In this document: piece by piece, positions 38,801 through 45,909 of the stretch | How positions within the stretch are numbered: the first letter of the stretch is position 1 | Layout of the letters: each line of letters opens with the position of its first letter | Assembly (NCBI GenBank): GCA_000002435.2 | Contig: CM018793.1 | Origin: Giardia intestinalis | Taxonomy: Eukaryota | Length of the DNA: 64,000 nt | Direction: 5' to 3' (one strand) | Notes under the pieces: generated by a model | The model's database searches: none | Told to the model about the DNA's origin: nothing | What the model saw: the letters and a program-made list of their open reading frames with translations, nothing else | Translations under genes and position numbers: made by a program

Positions 38801-39290
38801 TGGTTTGGGCGACAGACACAATGACAATATAATGCTATGCCAGGACGGTACCTTTTTTCACATAGATTTTGGTCACTTTCTTGGTAATTTTAAAAAGAAG
38901 TTCAACTACGAAAGAGAGCGGGGACCATTCTTCTTCATTCCAGATATGGCTTTTGTGCTTAAGCACCATGACTACGTTAATGGCACAGAGTATGAGAAAT
39001 GTTTTGAAAAGATGTCAGCAGATGCCCTACTAGCAATCAGGCACCACAGCAGCGCTCTGATAAGCCTTTTTACGATCATGATACCCTCTGGTATCCCTCA
39101 GCTGACATCTCGGGAGGATGTGCAATGGATTGAAGACCATCTGTTCCTAGATATGAGTGAGTCCGAGGCGCACAGACACTTCATTCGGCTTATCCACGAG
39201 GCAGAACGATCTAAAAGATACTTGTACAACAACATGTTTCATATTTTGGCTCACTACAAGAAGCGGCGAGGAAGCGCCTCCTCCAACTAA
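32823..39290 (+). CDS. Phosphatidylinositol 3-kinase catalytic subunit, class-I-like, ~2155 aa, with a large low-complexity insertion.
   Basis: The C-terminal catalytic domain '[53 protein letters not shown]' matches class I 'GIGDRHNSNIM...[28 protein letters not shown]'. The ORF track start is a GTG inside the SR-alpha 3' end, so I re-anchored on the first ATG 32823 ([10 protein letters not shown]). A basic insert of roughly 140 aa, with Ser/Arg-rich stretches ([29 protein letters not shown] ... SKSRTRQS ... [18 protein letters not shown]), lies upstream of the kinase domain. Confidence 0.85.
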   Translation: [2155 protein letters not shown]

Positions 39291-39370
39291 CTATGACTGG
39301 GCGCGCTAATGGAGGTGGTCAGCAGTATAATTTTATTTAAATCCAATCTGAAGATTTTAAATTTGGAATT

Positions 39371-39892
39371 ATGGGTATTAACTTCAATGAGGTTCTCTCT
39401 GGACTGTACATTGGGAATGTGCGGTCTCGGAACTACGACAGCTCTCCTGAGAACTGCAAAACCTGTATTTCGGTAGGTGTATATGACATGGGGAAACCTA
39501 GATGGGCAAGTAATTATTATTTTTACAAACTGTTGGACAGGCAGGATGTGTCATACGAGGTCATGCACACCATCGTGTTCTCTGCTGCGGAAGTTATCGA
39601 CAAATGCGTTAGTCGAGGGGTACTCGTCCATTGTGGTGTCGGTGTTAGCCGGAGTGCGTTGGTTGTAATAGGATACCTTATGATTAAGAAGAACATGTCA
39701 TTTCCTGACGCATATGCACTGCTCCGGAGCAGGCGGTCGTGCATTAACCCGAACGATGGGTTTGTGGAATTTTTGAAAATTCTTGATGCACAACTGACTA
39801 ACGAACGCCGGACCTTCCTTACCTCTCAGCTTGCAAAAGCAGACGTCAATTACGAGGATCTCGATATACGTGACTCCACGAATGCAGTGTAA
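39371..39892 (+). CDS. Dual-specificity protein phosphatase (DUSP), 173 aa.
   Basis: It has an ATG start and the active-site 'VLVHCGVGVSRSALVVIGYLM' (HCxxGxxRS). Confidence 0.85.
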   Translation: MGINFNEVLSGLYIGNVRSRNYDSSPENCKTCISVGVYDMGKPRWASNYYFYKLLDRQDVSYEVMHTIVFSAAEVIDKCVSRGVLVHCGVGVSRSALVVIGYLMIKKNMSFPDAYALLRSRRSCINPNDGFVEFLKILDAQLTNERRTFLTSQLAKADVNYEDLDIRDSTNAV

Positions 39893-39912
39893 ATTGATCT
39901 TCAAACGAATAA

Positions 39913-40485
39913 ATGGATCACTCTGGCGGACTCCTTGATCTGCTCATAGGGTTTCTTGAGGGACGAGTGTCAAAGGAGGAGTATTGTCTCAGTTGCGCTG
40001 CCATCTGCACAAGCCTCCGGTCTGGTGCCTTCCTTTATTCAGGAAAAGAGTACTCCTCGTTCATCGCGGACATTCAGGAGTCCCGGTGCTTTGCTGCCTT
40101 GCAGGAACAATACAAGTATCTTGACGAGCGAATCCACTTTCTGTCTGAAGCATTTGCTAAGGCCTATCCTCCTGAGGCTTGCGAGTTGATCAGAGAGAAC
40201 TACTACGCTCTAAATAATGAGCTCCAGGACACAGAAAATAAGTTTAAAGACCATAGAAGCGACATGACCACACTAAACTCCCTTAAAGAGGAAGTGAAAA
40301 AGAGTATAAAGGACTTTGAAGATACTGCCAACAAACTCTCTAAAGCACTCTTTCATTCCTTCAATGCTGACACGGGGAACTGGCGTACAAAGGAATGGAA
40401 CCAAAAACGATATTCGGCCCGGTTGCCTGCGACTGGTGGAAGACGTAAGAAATTCAGTAGGGAAGGAGGCGCTCCTGTGGAGTAG
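39913..40485 (+). CDS. Hypothetical small coiled-coil protein, 190 aa.
   Basis: It has an ATG start 21 nt after the DUSP stop and no recognisable domain. Confidence 0.45.
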   Translation: MDHSGGLLDLLIGFLEGRVSKEEYCLSCAAICTSLRSGAFLYSGKEYSSFIADIQESRCFAALQEQYKYLDERIHFLSEAFAKAYPPEACELIRENYYALNNELQDTENKFKDHRSDMTTLNSLKEEVKKSIKDFEDTANKLSKALFHSFNADTGNWRTKEWNQKRYSARLPATGGRRKKFSREGGAPVE

Positions 40486-40494
40486 CCTATTCGT

Positions 40495-43400
40495 TCACTG
40501 CTTTTGCACCATTCCTACTGTGCTGAGGACATCAAACACGTCGCTCATCTTAGTGGTAGGTGTCCGCTGCACATGCACTCCCACTTGTTTGCTGAGCTTT
40601 CCAGAGCCATGCGCCGACCTGTCCCCCAGAGCGTTAGCTGGAAAGGCAGAGTATGCAGACCTTGGCCTATATTGATCAGATGCAGAAGCAGCGTGGGCTC
40701 TCCGGCTTCCTCCTGCACCTTTGGTTGCGTACCCCCTGAAGCCATCCACGGACCCTTCACGTCCATTGATGCTATTGTTAGTATTCTGAGCATTGTCATC
40801 CCCCATAATACCTGCACCATAAACTTGGGCGCTCTGGATTCGCCTCTTACTGGCTGTCTCGTTAACATTTGGTCTAGCTGATTTCGAGGCTTGGGTGCGA
40901 ACGACACTATTTGGTTCGTGTATGCTCTGCCTGCGGGACCCCGGTGCAAGGCTTGGAGTCTGAGACGTAGATGGGCGACGCCCAGGGATGTTCAGTCTGG
41001 CGAGAACCTCCCCATTTGTCTGGTTACTCTCTGCAATTGTTTGGCGGCCTTTGGCTACATAATCTATGGGCTTTTGCTTTTGTGGCAAGATGCACTGTCT
41101 ATATTCAAAAGGTGTTTTGGCAGAGGCCGTGCTCTTGGCCGAGGACATCCTTGACGTGGGGCCTCCTCCACTCAGCCTCCGCGGAGCATCAGCGCTGGCG
41201 TGACCGTATGTATCGTACTCTAAGCCAATACCACCAGCTGGATAATCTTCGTGCTTGGATAGATTTCCAAATAGATATCTGTTTAGATTCTTATCTGCTT
41301 TGTCACCCCCAAATGTAGCATTTGCACTGTTACTCATCCTTGTTGTGCGTCCAGAAGTGTTGACGGAGTTGCTTCCACTCATCGCGGTCTGAGGTCTAAT
41401 GACGGGAGGCGTCACGGCAAAGATTCCCATGTTCTCTGATACTAGTGTAGGCTGTGCCACTACTGGAGCATCTGTTAAGAGAGAAAGCGCTCGTAAAATC
41501 CGCTCTGTGGTCCGCTTACGTTCCTGTAAGATAAGCTCCCGCTTTCTCAAATAGCGGATGCGTAGCTCCTCTGCTCGTTGGAGGATACGAGTAAATACTC
41601 CCTCCATGTTGGGATTGGTGTACGCACCGCCCCGAGCACCAGGTTTGAACGGTGGATAGTGGGGAATCTTGAATGGCTTGTGGGGGAACGGTTGATACTT
41701 GGTACCAGTAAAGCCATCATGATCATCCACTGGAGGTGGTCTACCAAAGCCAATCACGTCCTTTGTAGAACCAGAGGGCCTGCCAGACATAGTGGGTAGC
41801 ATTTCTTTACTACTGGGTGGTCGTGAAAGCTCCTTCTCACTAAGGTAAGTTCCAGGCGCTAGTGGCTCCATCCCACGTTTGGTCGGGACTGCTGCCGGAG
41901 AGTTATTGAATAGAAAAGCGGGAGGGCCGGCATTAATCATCATTTCTTTTGCTATTTCCGATAAGGGTATCCGAAGGCCACAACGTGGGCAAAGAATAAA
42001 CCTCTCTCCATTTTCATTTACGACAAAATGGATTTCAGCGTGTTCATGGTCAGTGGAATCTTTCATTGCCGTATCTATCGAAGTTCGTTGTCTAAACTCA
42101 TTGTTTGTAGCATTTTTGTCATCATCATAACCTGGCAGCTTGCCGAGTTCATCGTTTGTCTCAGCAGAATTAACTGTAGGGCGAATGATTACAACGCTGT
42201 TCCTCCTGTCAGTCTCTTCTTGAGCATCAGATGAGCGAATTCCTCTCCATTCAACAGACCGGCCTCCACAAAGCCCACCGCCTTCAGAGCTGTAGTATTG
42301 TCCTGGCATGTAGGCACCGGAGACTGGTGTATGTCTACTACTGCCTTGACTTGTATGAGGATCACTGAGCTCGTTTCTGATGGCAAGACAATCGCCACAC
42401 TCATACCTATGTGACGCTTGCATTAGGATGGGTACCTTGTCACTTGTGAAGTAAACATTATCGCAGGCTGTCGTACAAATCTGGGTGTTCACACCTACAT
42501 CCACGAACCGACGCCCTGAGCCGGAGCTTAGGCTCTTCTCTGTATCATAAGGAGCAACTGCTTGAATAGTATGCAAGGTAGACCCAGGTCCAGAAGGTTG
42601 CACGTCGCTTAGAGCATCTCCACCACGAGTCGAGGCTGCATCGGCATGATGGAATTCTTTGGACTTGTTCAGATATGAATTATCGATCCTCTCACTCATC
42701 AATTGAGGATCTGAGAGCACTATTGAATTGATAACTGTGAGCTGCGGGATTCCTTGTTCATCTGTAAAGAACTGGTCGGCAAATTCACGGTCTGGCATGG
42801 TTGCATAGTTGCCATAAGCGTTTCTGTAACCATCATGTGTTCGTTGATCTGCGGGGGGCTCTAAATCTGCATCTGTCAAATCTTGGCTGCCAGTAGTCTT
42901 AACGGATTTGCCATAGCCCTTCTTCTGTGTCCGACCTCCCTTTCGAGAAGAGCCAGCAGAGTCTAGTAAGCGGGAGTCTTGGTCCTCCTCCTTGATTCTG
43001 CTTGTGATAAGCTCCGTGTCTGCTCCGAGCGGTCTTAACGCACGCAGCTCCCCTAAATCATCATGGGGCCCGCTTGTAATCTTGGTTTGCGCATCGTACA
43101 TCCCAGTGAGGTCGTGACGTTTTCGCTTAGTCCCATAGTCTTCTTTGACCATAGAGTTGTCCGTCGAGACAGAAAGCTGACTAAGACCGAAGTCTCCTCC
43201 AAAGTTTGTAACAAGCTTAGAGTTTGCATATGCCTTACTCCATGCCAGAAGCTGCTTGAGTGATTTATTTAGATGCTTGTTTGCTAACTTTCCCATCCGT
43301 TGTTGATTGATCATCTTCTCAACAGTCTTGTACAGGTAGTTTGTTGGGATCGTTGCTCTTCCAGACCTATCGGACATGCTTTTGTCAATATCGTGGAGCG

Positions 43401-45066
43401 ACTCGCTAAGGTCTTCGACGCCGCTGACACCCACCCTAATCGTAGGCTCTGTACGTAGCGTAGATTCGTCGCTAACTTCCGTTGAGAAATGACTGGTGTC
43501 TGCTTTCTGGTACTTCTTACTGTCGCTATAATCTGCAGGATTGAAGTCCTTAGTAATGAGCATCTTCGTTAAGGCGCCGTTACGATCATCAAATAGACGA
43601 TTAAATATCAAATCCACGCACTTGAGAGTATTCTTGAACTCTTTCTCTGCATCCTCGACAGCTCCACTGAGGTCTGAGATGACGCTGTTGGAGTTGTATT
43701 CAGCGTAAATGTTATCCACCTCCTCGTCATGCTGCTGCTGCAGAGCCTTTATCGCGTCTTCCATCTCTGAGCGAACCTCCTTACATTGCTTCTCTAGACG
43801 CTCATTACGTTGCTCTTGCTCCTGTAGCTTTGCCATAAGATCTGCAATCTGGCCATCTGTATTCTTCGCTAGCATCTCTGCAAGAGTCCGCTCAGCTTCC
43901 TTAACTTTCTCCATAAGATCGGCCTTTTGTGCATCAAGATCTTTTACGTTTTGCTTGCGTAGCTGATCTAACTCCTCCTTGTGCTCACGTTTCAGTTGGT
44001 TCATCATCCCTTTCAGATAGTCTTCTCTCTCCAGGGAGTCTCTCAGCTCTGCAGATAGCTTAGTTATATCTCTGTCACGTGCGGCAAGTTCGCCTTCAAA
44101 CATACCAGAAGCAGATCTTGCCGCCTCAGTTAAGCTAGCTACTTGTGAATTTAAATACTCTATCTGATCATCGTAGTATGCCTTCTGCTTATCGACGTCC
44201 TCCTCGCAACGTGTGCGGAGAGCATCCGCTTCTGCTTCTGCCTGCTCTAAACGAGACTTCAATGCGTCTATTTCTGTGGCAAGCCGTGCAGTCTGGGTCT
44301 CTGCAGACTGCAGCTCTGCGCGGTGCTTTCCATCTATTCGCTTCTTCTCCTCATTGAATCTATCTGTAACGTCCTTCACAGCATGATCAATGTCTGCCTG
44401 TGTAAAGCCGCCGCCTGCTGATCCGGGCAGCATAACTGCGGTGGCATCCATCCCTGACCCAGGAGCAAAGTCAGGCTTGTAAAGACCTCCTATCCGGACC
44501 TTCTTTTGGAAAAGTTGCTCTCTCAGCATATTAATTTCCTTGGTGAGAGAGTCTCGAATTTCGTCTTTTTGGAGGCTTAGGTCTTTCGCAGTCACCTTAA
44601 GCGCGTCTAACTCCCGCTGCAAAGCAAGAATTTCTATATCCTGGCCAGATGTCCCTGCCATTTGCGTTGTAAAGCTATCAAAAATAAGAGCTTCGCGCGA
44701 GCCAATAAGCTGCCGGATGGTGGGTTCGATTATTGACGTTATCTTACATTGAAGGCTGGACATAACATCAGAGAAGTCTGCTACAAATATGGGATAGACA
44801 GACTTTGGACTTACGTGGTCTGTTCGCGCATCACATCCAAGCGAGGGTTCAAACATGACATAAAAGGGGTGCGAATTGACTATGTTCTTGATATCCAGCT
44901 CTGCGTCTCTAAACCAACGTTCTACCTCAGTGAGCAAGGTATCTACTGCCGTTCCCACAAAGTCCTCCATATCAGGTGGCTTATCTAATGCGGCACAATG
45001 TAGATCAAATGCATCAAAGTCTTGCGCAACCTGCGTTTGGTGACGCGAGACTGCGAAGCGCTCCAT
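40495..45066 (-). CDS. Large hypothetical protein of ~1523 aa. It has an N-terminal ~480-aa coiled coil, a central region with Cys/His clusters and a Ser/Thr/Gly/Arg-rich low-complexity C-terminus.
   Basis: ORF track 40495..45117 starts at GTG. I re-anchored on ATG MERFAVSRHQ (plus 'cat' 45064-45066), preceded by 'aaatttaaaaacagaaATG'. Possible zinc-binding segments are 'CTTACDNVYF..HRYECGDC' and 'HEHAEIHF..FILCPRCG'. Confidence 0.65.
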   Translation of the reverse strand: MERFAVSRHQTQVAQDFDAFDLHCAALDKPPDMEDFVGTAVDTLLTEVERWFRDAELDIKNIVNSHPFYVMFEPSLGCDARTDHVSPKSVYPIFVADFSDVMSSLQCKITSIIEPTIRQLIGSREALIFDSFTTQMAGTSGQDIEILALQRELDALKVTAKDLSLQKDEIRDSLTKEINMLREQLFQKKVRIGGLYKPDFAPGSGMDATAVMLPGSAGGGFTQADIDHAVKDVTDRFNEEKKRIDGKHRAELQSAETQTARLATEIDALKSRLEQAEAEADALRTRCEEDVDKQKAYYDDQIEYLNSQVASLTEAARSASGMFEGELAARDRDITKLSAELRDSLEREDYLKGMMNQLKREHKEELDQLRKQNVKDLDAQKADLMEKVKEAERTLAEMLAKNTDGQIADLMAKLQEQEQRNERLEKQCKEVRSEMEDAIKALQQQHDEEVDNIYAEYNSNSVISDLSGAVEDAEKEFKNTLKCVDLIFNRLFDDRNGALTKMLITKDFNPADYSDSKKYQKADTSHFSTEVSDESTLRTEPTIRVGVSGVEDLSESLHDIDKSMSDRSGRATIPTNYLYKTVEKMINQQRMGKLANKHLNKSLKQLLAWSKAYANSKLVTNFGGDFGLSQLSVSTDNSMVKEDYGTKRKRHDLTGMYDAQTKITSGPHDDLGELRALRPLGADTELITSRIKEEDQDSRLLDSAGSSRKGGRTQKKGYGKSVKTTGSQDLTDADLEPPADQRTHDGYRNAYGNYATMPDREFADQFFTDEQGIPQLTVINSIVLSDPQLMSERIDNSYLNKSKEFHHADAASTRGGDALSDVQPSGPGSTLHTIQAVAPYDTEKSLSSGSGRRFVDVGVNTQICTTACDNVYFTSDKVPILMQASHRYECGDCLAIRNELSDPHTSQGSSRHTPVSGAYMPGQYYSSEGGGLCGGRSVEWRGIRSSDAQEETDRRNSVVIIRPTVNSAETNDELGKLPGYDDDKNATNNEFRQRTSIDTAMKDSTDHEHAEIHFVVNENGERFILCPRCGLRIPLSEIAKEMMINAGPPAFLFNNSPAAVPTKRGMEPLAPGTYLSEKELSRPPSSKEMLPTMSGRPSGSTKDVIGFGRPPPVDDHDGFTGTKYQPFPHKPFKIPHYPPFKPGARGGAYTNPNMEGVFTRILQRAEELRIRYLRKRELILQERKRTTERILRALSLLTDAPVVAQPTLVSENMGIFAVTPPVIRPQTAMSGSNSVNTSGRTTRMSNSANATFGGDKADKNLNRYLFGNLSKHEDYPAGGIGLEYDTYGHASADAPRRLSGGGPTSRMSSAKSTASAKTPFEYRQCILPQKQKPIDYVAKGRQTIAESNQTNGEVLARLNIPGRRPSTSQTPSLAPGSRRQSIHEPNSVVRTQASKSARPNVNETASKRRIQSAQVYGAGIMGDDNAQNTNNSINGREGSVDGFRGYATKGAGGSRRAHAASASDQYRPRSAYSAFPANALGDRSAHGSGKLSKQVGVHVQRTPTTKMSDVFDVLSTVGMVQKQ

Positions 45067-45138
45067 TTCTGTTTTTAAATTTTCTGCGTGGAATAGGAGC
45101 CATCTTCCGAAGCTCACCCACTAGTTGTCAACAAAACA

Positions 45139-45145
45139 ATTTACT
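45139..45145 (-). terminator. Putative polyadenylation signal AGTAAAT overlapping the TAG stop of the RNase H2A gene (minus strand reads TAGTAAAT).
   Basis: Plus 'atttact' at 45139-45145; the stop codon is at 45144-45146. Confidence 0.5.
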
Positions 45146-45875
45146 AAGCATCGGTAGCTATCCCCAATGATTCTAAAGTAGGCATATCTGCACCATTCTC
45201 CAGTGGGGTGTCTGCGATGAACACACACTTAACACACTTGCTTGCTGTGTCATAGATCCTTTTTATAGTCTCCCAAGAATGTCGAATGTGTGTTGGAAAG
45301 CCATAAATGCCATGGCAAGTCTTGTCAAGGTACTTCTTCGTCTTGGGATCTGATGGATATCCGCTGCCCCACTGGGGCTTGATATTTCTGTCTCTAATAA
45401 CCTTAGCCACGATACTGGCTGCACCAGTGATAGGGTACTTCGCGTCTGCCTTTGCGCAAATTGTCAGAGCTATACTGGGCATCAATTCGCGTATGTATGC
45501 TGCATATTGCGATTCTGGGCCGACCAAGTCTATATAAACGTGCTCTATCTCATGAGATATGAAAAGTTGGTAAAGGAGGGAGCGGGCGGCCTCAAATGAG
45601 AGTAGGTTAAGTGAAGTCTTGTGGGGAGCCAGCATTGCGCGGCTAATCTGGTCTGCTGATACTATTGCAGTGTTGCATCCAAAATCCTCTTTCGGCAAAT
45701 CCTGCAATCTGTTGTAAATGTGCTCACGCGTATTTGCTGAGAGTGCCTTGGAGTCAGTTACTCCCAGCTTTTCTAAAATCCCTGTCTGATAGACCTCAGC
45801 TGGCATCCAGGCAATTCCATATACTAGTGGTCCGCACACAGGTCCACGACCAGCCTCATCGATCCCTACTATCAT
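45144..45875 (-). CDS. Ribonuclease H2 subunit A (RNase HII family), 243 aa.
   Basis: It has an ATG start, and 'MIVGIDEAGRGPVCGPLVYGIAW' matches the RNase HII catalytic DEAGRG motif. AGTAAAT overlaps the TAG stop. Confidence 0.9.
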   Translation of the reverse strand: MIVGIDEAGRGPVCGPLVYGIAWMPAEVYQTGILEKLGVTDSKALSANTREHIYNRLQDLPKEDFGCNTAIVSADQISRAMLAPHKTSLNLLSFEAARSLLYQLFISHEIEHVYIDLVGPESQYAAYIRELMPSIALTICAKADAKYPITGAASIVAKVIRDRNIKPQWGSGYPSDPKTKKYLDKTCHGIYGFPTHIRHSWETIKRIYDTASKCVKCVFIADTPLENGADMPTLESLGIATDA

Positions 45876-45909
45876 TAATTTTTCGGATACGTGGTCCCTA
45901 AAACTTCAG

